A stretch of 44,434 nucleotides of DNA from an uncultured Acidiferrobacterales bacterium (GTDB taxonomy: Bacteria > Pseudomonadota > Gammaproteobacteria > Acidiferrobacterales > UBA6901), in the NCBI GenBank assembly GCA_964355495.1, contig CAYHES010000004.1:1-44434 (forward strand). The letters are read 5' to 3'. Under the pieces are notes generated by a model. The model saw nothing but the letters and a program-made list of their open reading frames with translations, was not told where the DNA came from and searched no databases. Positions 1 to 8,895 of the stretch are shown one piece after another. Numbering within the stretch: position 1 is the first letter of the stretch; the number at the start of each line of letters is the position of its first letter. A program made the position numbers and the translations under genes.

Positions 1-260
1 TGCTCAAGGGCCGGTCGCGCGAGGAATGCCTGGAGGAGATGGAAGAGCTGCGCCAGCGCATCGAGACACTGCGCCCCGAGGGACGCGACCTGACGGCCAG
101 CATCGGCGTGGCCAGCAACATGCTGCGCGCCAATGCCGGCTACGAGGAAATCCTCGACGAGGCCGACCGCGCCATGTACCGCGCCAAGGACCTGGGCCGC
201 AACCGCGTGGTCATGACCGGGGTTACGACGCGCCGCACGGCGCCGACCGAGTTGCGTTAG
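1..260 (+). CDS. GGDEF-domain (diguanylate cyclase) protein, C-terminal fragment; N-terminus lies outside the window
   Basis: The frame is open from the window edge to TAG at 258-260. The tail ...SIGVAS...DEADRAMYRAKDLGRNRVV is the conserved end of a GGDEF domain. Confidence 0.8.
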   Translation, partial: LKGRSREECLEEMEELRQRIETLRPEGRDLTASIGVASNMLRANAGYEEILDEADRAMYRAKDLGRNRVVMTGVTTRRTAPTELR

Positions 261-364
261 TCGTGCAAGCCCTTCGTCATCTTCGTCTTGGTCATCGCGA
301 CCTGGAAGTGCGTCTGAGCCGCGCCGCACAGGCGGCGTTGACCGCAGGCACGCTGGTGGTGGAA

Positions 365-625
365 ATGGAGCTCTATTTCAGTTGTCTCATACGCAAGCGC
401 GTACTGTTTCCGCCCGCACCGCACGCGGATGCAACCTGTGCGATGCTCGATGAGCGCCTCACGGTTTGTTTCCGCCCGGTCATGACCCGGCAGTGCGCCG
501 TGAGCGGCGTGCAAGATAGTCCGGAACTGGAAACCTTTCCCATCCAGCGCCCCGATGCATTTCTGCCAAAGTGGCTGGCGCTCAATTTCCATCACGGCAA
601 CTGGTCGGGTGAATTCGGCTATTAG
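365..625 (+). CDS. hypothetical protein (about 87 aa; in-frame GTG at 263 is an alternative start)
   Basis: This is the most protein-like reading of the 261-965 gap (MELYFSCLIRKRVLFPP...WLALNFHHGNWSGEFGY). Third-position GC is only moderate and I recognise no motif. The antisense ORF 257..652 competes with it. Confidence 0.35.
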   Translation: MELYFSCLIRKRVLFPPAPHADATCAMLDERLTVCFRPVMTRQCAVSGVQDSPELETFPIQRPDAFLPKWLALNFHHGNWSGEFGY

Positions 626-965
626 TCGCGACACAGAAAATACTTGCCGCACGTCATTCCTGCAATATGCGATAATCCCTATGTGCAGGATTGGAACCGA
701 ACCGCATTCTTACCGATACGTGATGTGCGCGCCGCCCGCGCTGAGCGCGATCACGGGTTTGTGAACCCGTGCCAAGGGACGGCGGCTCCCAGGGAAAAGG
801 GCGGTTATTCTTCCTATATTCCCACAGGGGCTGGATCACAAATGGGGTTTTGGCGCGGTTGGTTAACGTCGCTTGAATAATACGAGTCCAGCTTGCGCAA
901 ATTGAGTCGCCGTCTATAGTTAATCATTCTCTACCCGATCCTCTTCGGCCTCCGGGACAAAAAGA

Positions 966-1760
966 ATGCCGCCGACTTCCATGGGAAATTGCCGTTTCGG
1001 CGGGCGACTTGCGTGTTTACTCGTCGCCCTCGGGTCGCTTGCTCCTTTGGCCGCGCTCGCTTGGACCAGCGAAGAAATCGCACGCGTTACGCCGGATCGC
1101 TGGGTGTTGCGGGACATTCAATACCTGCCGCAACCCTCCGGGGCCGTCAAGATTCGTTATCGGGTGGTCGAGGATGCCTATGTCATCATTCGCGCGCACG
1201 CATCGTTTCCGCCGTTCCCGTTGTTAAGACATATCGTGCCGCGCGCACTGCGCACGCCGGGCAATTACGAAGAAGTCTGGGATGCGCACGACGAGAGCGG
1301 CCGGCCGGTCTCGCATTTCAAGGCTCAGGTCGTGGTGCGCGCCGAGCCGGTCAATTTCCAGCCGGCCGCGCACGAGCTCGAAGGCGCGCTTGCCAATCCC
1401 CCGGTCGCCCCGGCGCTCGCCATCTCGCACCATCTGCATAATCCCGCGCTGTGCGGCGTGCTTGCCTTCACCGCCGAGATTCCCGCTGCCGACACAGCAA
1501 ACCCGGAGGTCATTCTGGTGCGCCGTCTCGGCGCCGTTGCCGGTTATGGCGCCAAAGTCGGGCTCGGCATCAAGGTATTCGTGAACGAGCGTTTCGCCGG
1601 CGAGCTGATGCTACCGCCCGCGGACGCCGCGGCGGCGAGCACCTATCGCGTACCGGTAAGACTCGCTCCGCTTCTGTCCGGGGCCAACACGGTCCATGTG
1701 GTCATGACCGACTTCGCCGACCACTTCGGCGCGGTCATTTTTGAATACCGTAAACCGTAA
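966..1760 (+). CDS. secreted hypothetical protein with a FlgD-Ig-like beta-sandwich signature
   Basis: N-terminal signal peptide (LACLLVALGSLAPLAALA-W). The segment ...GNYEEVWDAHDESGRPVSHFKAQVVV resembles the WDG.D..G..V motif of FlgD-Ig domains. GC3 is high, and it is the first gene of a tightly packed three-gene unit. Confidence 0.7.
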   Translation: MPPTSMGNCRFGGRLACLLVALGSLAPLAALAWTSEEIARVTPDRWVLRDIQYLPQPSGAVKIRYRVVEDAYVIIRAHASFPPFPLLRHIVPRALRTPGNYEEVWDAHDESGRPVSHFKAQVVVRAEPVNFQPAAHELEGALANPPVAPALAISHHLHNPALCGVLAFTAEIPAADTANPEVILVRRLGAVAGYGAKVGLGIKVFVNERFAGELMLPPADAAAASTYRVPVRLAPLLSGANTVHVVMTDFADHFGAVIFEYRKP

Positions 1761-1764
1761 CGCC

Positions 1765-3051
1765 ATGCGCCGATACAAAAATATCGCCATGGGATTCGCG
1801 GGCCTCGCGCTGATGGCTATAAGCATGGGCGCGAGCGCCTTCAGTACGTATAACGTCGTTTTCATCACCGGTCTCGATGCTAGTCCCAATCCGTTCAATC
1901 CCGACCGTGAAACGAGCAGCGTGAGCGTGCGCACATTCGAGTATGCCGAGTGGTATTGGTTGGTGTCGAGCACCATGGTCCGGCCCACGGTGATCGTGAC
2001 GGTGGCGGGCCGGCCGCTGATCGCCAATGTCACCGCGGAGCGGCTGGATCCCACCGGCTTCTTCGGGATACCGCCGATTTTCTTTTTCTTCAACCAGATC
2101 GGCGAATGGACCCACACCGCGACCTGGGACGGTCGGGATTTAGCGGGTGCCACCGCGACGCCGGGCCCGCACCTCGCCTTGGTCAACGTCTATGCCGGCG
2201 CCGCCACGATGTTTCAAAGCTTCATCTGGGACGTGCGGCCGGACATTCAACTCGCGCTCACGCTCGCGCCGGCGGAAGTCATGCCGGACGGCACCGTTAC
2301 TGCAAGCGTCACGGCTACGGATGCGCAAGGCAATGCCGTGCCGAACTACGCCGTGCGACTGGAGGCCACCGCCCCGCAATACACTACCGAACCCTGCGCC
2401 GATTGCGGCGGGCATTCGCACGACGGCGGTCGGCCGGTCGGCCGGTTTCTCGACGCAGGTGGCGCAGACTTGGGTTCCACGACCAATGGCGCCACCGGCC
2501 CCGTCGGCGAGGCGCTCACACTCAGCTACCGGGCCGACGCCTTTGGCGGGATGGATACGCTGCGTGCCAGCGCGTTTTTCCAGCCCGACCTGTTCGATAC
2601 ACAGCGGCTCACTGTGCGTGTGCCAAACTTGCAGCTACTCCCCAATTCCGCCGATTATGTGAAGATCGGTGGCACGCCGGGACATCTCGGCCCACCCCTA
2701 TCCGTCACCGATAACAACCACTACGGCACTGCCACGTTGATTGCCGCCATTCAGACAATTTCTGCCGAGCATCGCTGGACCTTTACTCAGTTGCTGCAAA
2801 TCAACGACATGAGCCTGCCGTATGGCGGAGGCTTCGATATCAGAGGTGGCTGGCGTCTGAATATCGACGCACCTGCATGCCAAGCTGCCGGAGGAGGACA
2901 CTGCACTCATCGGTTCGGCACAAATGTTGATGTGAGTGATTTAACAGCTGACGGGTTTTTGGTTAACTCGTTTTGGCTAGAACCAGCCGTTACCAATCGT
3001 AATGGTTTATTTCGTGACGAAGGCAATCACTTCCACCTGACGTTCCAGTAA
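1765..3051 (+). CDS. secreted multidomain protein: FlgD-Ig-like, Big_1-like Ig and a C-terminal MepA-like LAS zinc-peptidase signature
   Basis: ATG 1765 lies 5 nt after the upstream stop; the ORF-track TTG 1741 would overlap. Signal peptide MRRYKNIAMGFAGLALMAISMGASA. Motifs seen: SPNPFNP...TATWDGRD, then TVTASVTATDAQGNAVPNYAV (invasin-type Ig). The C-terminus INDMSLPYGGGF...GGGHCTHRFGTNVDV...EGNHFHLTF parallels IGDMGMPAGGRF..GGHASHQTGLDVDI and HMHVRL of E. coli MepA. Confidence 0.7.
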   Translation: MRRYKNIAMGFAGLALMAISMGASAFSTYNVVFITGLDASPNPFNPDRETSSVSVRTFEYAEWYWLVSSTMVRPTVIVTVAGRPLIANVTAERLDPTGFFGIPPIFFFFNQIGEWTHTATWDGRDLAGATATPGPHLALVNVYAGAATMFQSFIWDVRPDIQLALTLAPAEVMPDGTVTASVTATDAQGNAVPNYAVRLEATAPQYTTEPCADCGGHSHDGGRPVGRFLDAGGADLGSTTNGATGPVGEALTLSYRADAFGGMDTLRASAFFQPDLFDTQRLTVRVPNLQLLPNSADYVKIGGTPGHLGPPLSVTDNNHYGTATLIAAIQTISAEHRWTFTQLLQINDMSLPYGGGFDIRGGWRLNIDAPACQAAGGGHCTHRFGTNVDVSDLTADGFLVNSFWLEPAVTNRNGLFRDEGNHFHLTFQ

Positions 3052-3066
3052 CGCGGAGGATCGACT

Positions 3067-3969
3067 GTGAAGCTGGCATGCCCGTTAGTATTGATACTGA
3101 TTCTCACGCCGATCGCGTTGCAGGCGGCCGACGAATTTGAACCGCGCAATCGAATCGATGTGCACGTCACGGCACAGGTGTCTTTCAACCCAAAGGAAAA
3201 CGCCTTTACTTACCGTTATACCGTTGCGAACGGCAAGGCCGCCAAACAAAGTGTTTGGCGGTTGCGTGTCAGTATGCCCGATGATGGGTTGGTGACCGGG
3301 ATTTCCGTCCCCGACGGCTGGTTTAAGCCGGGTTATACTCCCAAAGGTCTAGGATGGAATTCCGCACTACGCTCTCTGGCGTTTGTCAGCTGGGCAAGTC
3401 AGCCGCCCTTCCACATCGCCCCAGGCCGGAAAGAAAAAGGATTTTCCTTTACCTCCATCGCCTCGCTGCCTGGCATCGTAGATTATTACGTGGAGGGGTA
3501 TGCCCCGCCACCCAAGTTCCCGCCAGGCGGTGCGCCAGAAGGCCCCATCCCCGGTTACGACGACCTTACCCCCTACGGTTCGGGTGTGGTCGGCCGCACG
3601 GTCGGACCAGTGAAGCCACCCGCGCCCTTGATCCCGGCGGTGTTCGTGGATTATCTGATCGGCATGGTGGAGGAAGCGACCCGGCTGGGGTGGGTACACG
3701 ACAAGGATCCAAGACACAGCCTCCTTGTTGATCTCAAAGAGGCCAAAGCCGCATTGTTGCGCGGCGATACCAAGGCTGCGCGCAAAAAACTCAAAGATGC
3801 GCTCGATGGTGCTCACGCCGGCAAGCACGGCGGGGAAAACGGAAAAAAAGAGAACGACAAGGAAGACCGTGGGGAAGGGAATGAGGAGCCGTCTGCAGAA
3901 GGAGCTGCGTTACTGCGCTACAACCTCCGCTATCTGATTGCAGGCTTGCAGTCACCCGACAAAAACTAA
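3067..3969 (+). CDS. secreted hypothetical protein with a charged Lys/Glu/Gly-rich C-terminal tract
   Basis: GTG start 15 nt after the upstream stop, preceded by ggagga. Signal peptide MKLACPLVLILILTPIALQA-AD. I recognise no family. Confidence 0.65.
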   Translation: MKLACPLVLILILTPIALQAADEFEPRNRIDVHVTAQVSFNPKENAFTYRYTVANGKAAKQSVWRLRVSMPDDGLVTGISVPDGWFKPGYTPKGLGWNSALRSLAFVSWASQPPFHIAPGRKEKGFSFTSIASLPGIVDYYVEGYAPPPKFPPGGAPEGPIPGYDDLTPYGSGVVGRTVGPVKPPAPLIPAVFVDYLIGMVEEATRLGWVHDKDPRHSLLVDLKEAKAALLRGDTKAARKKLKDALDGAHAGKHGGENGKKENDKEDRGEGNEEPSAEGAALLRYNLRYLIAGLQSPDKN

Positions 3970-4123
3970 TCTGGAATACATTGCCGGTGGTCATCCCGCC
4001 GCCAGGCCATGGCGATGGTGGTTCGCCGTAGCAATGTCAGATGATTTCAGTTTCTGATCCGATTTTCCTGCGCGTCCCGAACAGGGTAATCTGCGTACTC
4101 CGATTAGCGGCGAGACCTGCGAC

Positions 4124-4937
<814 letters not shown>

Positions 4938-4948
<11 letters not shown>

Positions 4949-6389
4949 GCGCACTCGTCCACTCTATCTCGCGCTCGATCAGGGCGGGCACGCCTCGCGC
5001 GCGCTGGTATTCGATGCGCACGGCGTGGCCCAGGCGCGCAGCCTGCGCGAGGTGCAGGTGCATCATCCGCAAGCGGACTGGGTTGAACAGGATCCGGATG
5101 ATCTGGTGGCGTCGCTGCTGGAGGCCACGCGCGAGGTCTTGCTCGAACTGGGCACGCGCAGCGCGCAGCTTGTTTCGGTCGGTCTCGCCACGCAGCGCTC
5201 CAGCATCGTGTGCTGGGACCGCGTTACCGGCCAGGCACTGTCACCGGTGATCAGTTGGCAGGACCGGCGGGCGCACGCCTGGCTGGCGCGCTTCGCGTCG
5301 CACGCCGAGGCCATCCATGCCAGCACCGGCCTCATGCTCTCGGCGCACTACGGCGCGAGCAAGCTGCGCTGGTGTCTCGATCACCTGCCGGCGGTGGCGC
5401 GGGCCGAGACCGCGGGGCGCCTCGCCTTCGGGCCGCTGGCCAGTTTTCTCATTTTCCGGCTCACCGCCGAACACAGCTTGGCCGCCGATCCGGCGAATGC
5501 CGCGCGCACGCTCCTGTGGAATATCAAATCCCTGGACTGGGATGAAGGTCTCCTGCACCTGTTTGGTATCCCGGCAACGGCCTTGCCGCCGTGCGTGCCG
5601 ACATGCCACCACTTCGGTCACATCGAGGCAGACGGGCAACGCATCCCGCTCAGCGTTGTGAACGGCGATCAGTCGGCGGCGCTGTTTGCCTACGGTGCGC
5701 CGCACGCCAACAGCGCCTACATCAACATGGGCACGGGCGCCTTCGTGCAACGCACATCCGGCGATTATCCGGGCCACCAGCCGCGCCTGCTCACCGGCAT
5801 GGTGCTGCAGGATGGTGATGAGAAGGTTTACGTGCTGGAAGGGACGGTCAATGGTGCCGGTGCGGCGTTGCAATGGATCGAGGAAGATCTTGGGCTTGAG
5901 GATCTTGAGCAGCAATTGCCGGCATGGCTCGCGCAGAACAGCGTGGAGCCGCCGCTGTTTCTCAATGGCATCAGCGGCCTGGGTGCGCCCTATTGGGTCG
6001 CGGACTTCGAATCGCGTTTTTCCGTCGAGGCCGAGCCGTGGCAAATGGCGGTGGCGGTGGCCGAATCCATCGTGTTCCTGATTCAGGCCAACCTCGATCT
6101 TTTTCAGAAACTCGCCTCGCCACTGGAGCAGATTATCGCCAGCGGCGGGCTCACCTGGTACGAGGGCCTGTGCCAGCGCCTCAGCGACCTGTCCGGCCTG
6201 CCGCTCTACCGGCCGGCCGAGTACGAAGCCACGGCGCGCGGCACGGCCTGGCTGCTCGCCGGCAAACCCAAGGACTGGCCGGAACCGGAATTCGGTGTGT
6301 GGTTCAAACCGCGCGCCAACCCGGCGCTGCACGCGCGCTACCAACGCTGGCGCGCGGCCATGGACGCGGCACTCATCGACCATGTCTGA
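4938..6389 (+). CDS. FGGY-family carbohydrate kinase (glycerol-kinase-like)
   Basis: LYLALDQGGHASRALVFD N-terminal phosphate-1 motif, with GTGAFV and GGL motifs downstream. ATG 4938 overlaps the cysQ stop; the ORF-track start 4908 is probably too early. Confidence 0.85.
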
Positions 6390-6494
6390 GCCAGGTCTTG
6401 CTGAGGAAAACGCTAAATAGTGCGCACCGCCGCATCTATTAAGTCCATTCTCCCTTCGGGTACAGGTCTCTATACAAACCAGAAGTCCTCAACT

Positions 6495-6651
6495 CCCCTC
6501 TCCCACCTGTGGGAGAGGGGTGGGGGGAGAGGGTGTGTGGTTCGGCACGGTCTTTCAACCATCGTCCGTGCCAAGCCGTTTCGTTGTCCGGCAGTGGCTC
6601 GGTCCTTCGTTGCCCTCTCCCCTGGCCCCTCTCCCGCGAGCGGGAGAGGGG
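6495..6651. repeat. REP family 1, inverted pair (6495-6533 and 6613-6651)
   Basis: cccctctccc-N6-8-gggagagggg hairpin with an asymmetric ggggagaggg tail. The two copies face each other in the convergent gap between the FGGY kinase and the DUF4198 gene. Other copies are at 15294, 15723, 15784 and 43137. Confidence 0.85.
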
Positions 6652-6680
6652 AAAAGAACGTGCACTATTTTCCGGTCGGA

Positions 6681-7574
6681 TCAGTAACGCTCGCTTTTGG
6701 TCTCGAAGCTGAGCGAGGCCCAGAAGCTTTCCCAGTCCGCCTTCGCGTCGGCCGGTGCCGGGATCATGTGCACGGCGGACAGCATCCAGATATCGGCATG
6801 TGGCAGGACAAAACGCGCGCGTCCTTCGGCATCGGTGCGCTGCGCCAGTTGGGTCTTGAGCTTTTTCTTCGAGAAGGCCACCAGCTTTGCATTGGCCAGC
6901 GGCCGGTTTTCGTATAACAGTTGCACTTCCAGGGCCTGACCGCGCTTCAACTGGTAAATTGGCGTCAGCGGCACGATTTCCAGCCGCAGGCCGATCGGCC
7001 GTTTGGCGTCGAGACCGTCGTCGCGGCCACCGACCGCGAGCAGCGACTTGGCGCAACGCGAGTACACCTCGCGCACCGGTTTGTCACGCTCGCCGCGTTG
7101 CGCGCGCAGGGCGCGAATGGCATCCAGGCCTTCCTTTTCAAGATACTGTTCGAAGGTTGCAGCATCCATGTCCAATGAATAACGCGTGCTCTGGTAGGCG
7201 ACGAGCAGGAGGCCGGGATCGGCCGGTGTCAGGCGCGCGGCCGGGTCGTCGCCGGACAGGCCGGGAATATTCCGGGTGCCGCGCGCGTTAACCGTAACGA
7301 AGCGTTCGAAGGCCTCTGGCAGATAGATCATGGTGTCGCCGCGGAATTCCTGGCCGACCAGCAGGCGTACGTCCACCGCTTTGCCGGCCGGCGGCCGGAA
7401 GTTCGCCGGCTCGATCCAGAATTCGTGCGCGGCCGCCGGCGCCGCCAGCCCGAGCAGGACGGACAGCAGCAATCCGTATCGGCTACACTCCGACCGCCAT
7501 GGATGGCGGAAGTGCCGGAAACGCAGGAGCAGTGTTCCGGCGCGCCACATGATTTTATTAAAAATCGGTTGCAT
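6681..7574 (-). CDS. DUF4198-family periplasmic protein (putative Ni/Co-uptake component)
   Basis: The signal peptide ends ...LLGLAAPAAA-HEFWIEP, and mature DUF4198 proteins typically begin H-x-F-W. The start is uncertain (7574 or 7550). Confidence 0.75.
   Translation of the reverse strand: MQPIFNKIMWRAGTLLLRFRHFRHPWRSECSRYGLLLSVLLGLAAPAAAHEFWIEPANFRPPAGKAVDVRLLVGQEFRGDTMIYLPEAFERFVTVNARGTRNIPGLSGDDPAARLTPADPGLLLVAYQSTRYSLDMDAATFEQYLEKEGLDAIRALRAQRGERDKPVREVYSRCAKSLLAVGGRDDGLDAKRPIGLRLEIVPLTPIYQLKRGQALEVQLLYENRPLANAKLVAFSKKKLKTQLAQRTDAEGRARFVLPHADIWMLSAVHMIPAPADAKADWESFWASLSFETKSERY
7492..7540 (+). repeat. repeat module A (ccgccatggatggcgg palindrome plus aacgcaggagcag), copy 1 of 3
   Basis: Near-identical to 33611-33660 (+) and to the reverse complement of 27542-27592. 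It lies within the annotated 5' end of the DUF4198 ORF. Confidence 0.8.
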
Positions 7575-7585
7575 CGTTTTTCGAG

Positions 7586-8749
7586 ATGATAAATTTTCTC
7601 AAGCTTAACACGACCGTCCGAATGCCGAATCCCGATCCATTCCGACCGTTGCTCGGATTCCTGCTGTGCCTGTACGCATTGCCGCTAACAGCGCACGAGA
7701 TCCGCCCGGCGGTCGTCGATGTGCACTTGCAAGTTGACGGAAATTATCAGGTTGCCTTACAGGTCAACATGGAGGCGGTGCTGGCGGGCGTGAGTCCGGC
7801 GCACAGCGACACCAGCGAGTCGCCGAATGTGGAGAGCTACAACCGTCTGCGCGCCTTGCCGGCACGCAAGCTGGAAGAACGCATCCGCGCCTTCTGGCCG
7901 CAGTATCGTGACGGCCTGCGTCTGGATTTCGACGGTGCGCGCAGCACGCCGGACCTCGCGGCCCTCGACATTCCCGAGCCCGGCGATCTGGCCCGCGCGC
8001 GCCTCACCACCGTGCGGCTCACCGGCCGCATTCCGCCCGGCGCCAAGACCCTGCGCTGGAGCTATGCGCCGCAGTACGGTGGCAGCGTGTTGCGCCTGCA
8101 CCGTGCCGGCGGTGTGACAGCGGCCTGGGTCCGTGAAGGCGAGGCGAGTGCGGCCTACCCGCTCGCCGGTGACATCGCCGCCGCCACGCGCAGCGCGGTG
8201 TTCGGGCAATACCTGGTGCTCGGCTTCACCCACATCCTGCCCAAGGGGCTGGATCACATGCTGTTCGTGCTCGGCCTGTTTCTGTTGAGCACGCGGCTTG
8301 CACCGCTGCTGTGGCAGGTCACGGCGTTCACGCTCGCGCATTCGATCACGCTGGCGTTGAGCATGTACGGGGTGATCGCGCTGTCGCCGGCGATCGTCGA
8401 ACCGCTGATCGCCGCGTCCATTGTCGCGGTGGCGGTGGAGAACCTGCTCACCGCGCGCCTGCACGCGTGGCGGGTGTTCGTGGTGTTCGGCTTCGGTTTG
8501 CTGCACGGCCTCGGTTTCGCCGGCGTGCTCACCGAGATCGGCCTGCCGCGCGACGAGTTTGTTACCGGCCTGATCGCCTTCAATGTCGGCGTCGAGGGCG
8601 GGCAACTGGCGGTGATCGCGCTCGCGTCCCTGGCGGTCGGCTACTGGTTCCGGCACAGGCCGTGGTACCGCGCGCGCGTGGTGTTGCCGTCGTCGGCGCT
8701 GATCGCGCTGATCGGGTTGTATTGGATGGTTGAACGCCTACTTGGCTGA
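7586..8749 (+). CDS. HupE/UreJ-family membrane protein (putative Ni/Co transporter)
   Basis: The C-terminal half HILPKGLDHMLFVLGLFLL...HSITL...GLLHGLGFAG is the HupE/UreJ_2 signature. ATG 7622 (MPNPDPF..., signal peptide ending LTA-HEI) is the more likely start. Confidence 0.8.
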   Translation: MINFLKLNTTVRMPNPDPFRPLLGFLLCLYALPLTAHEIRPAVVDVHLQVDGNYQVALQVNMEAVLAGVSPAHSDTSESPNVESYNRLRALPARKLEERIRAFWPQYRDGLRLDFDGARSTPDLAALDIPEPGDLARARLTTVRLTGRIPPGAKTLRWSYAPQYGGSVLRLHRAGGVTAAWVREGEASAAYPLAGDIAAATRSAVFGQYLVLGFTHILPKGLDHMLFVLGLFLLSTRLAPLLWQVTAFTLAHSITLALSMYGVIALSPAIVEPLIAASIVAVAVENLLTARLHAWRVFVVFGFGLLHGLGFAGVLTEIGLPRDEFVTGLIAFNVGVEGGQLAVIALASLAVGYWFRHRPWYRARVVLPSSALIALIGLYWMVERLLG

Positions 8750-8786
8750 CCTCCTGCGGCCAGTCTTGTCAGCACCTCAAAACGAT

Positions 8787-8851
8787 GTAGGGTGCGCCCT
8801 GCGCACCGATCAACGGTTTGACGAACCGATGGTGCGCAGGGCGCACCCTAC
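8787..8851. repeat. REP family 2 inverted pair (gtagggtgcgccctgcgcacc / ggtgcgcagggcgcaccctac)
   Basis: Two facing hairpin units downstream of the HupE-like gene. A second pair of the same family is at 34263-34326. Confidence 0.85.
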
Positions 8852-8895
8852 GAGAATCGACGCAAGGGAATCTTTCGAGATATCTTCCAGGCAGG

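Noticed and set aside
257-652. 131-aa minus-strand ORF, and the 78-aa ORF 644..880, in the gap after the first GGDEF gene.
   Set aside because: I recognise no motif, and GC3 is not better than the competing plus-strand reading over most of the length. The minus frame does have high GC3 in its last ~35 codons (257-360), so the region remains ambiguous.
626-965. Possible riboswitch (c-di-GMP GEMM type) in the 340-nt leader of the secreted-protein operon. Hairpins seen include cacgggtt-tgtg-aacccgtg.
   Set aside because: I could not find the conserved GEMM-I/II cores (ACGCAAAGC-type segments and so on). Only generic hairpins are present. A covariance-model scan (Rfam) would be needed.
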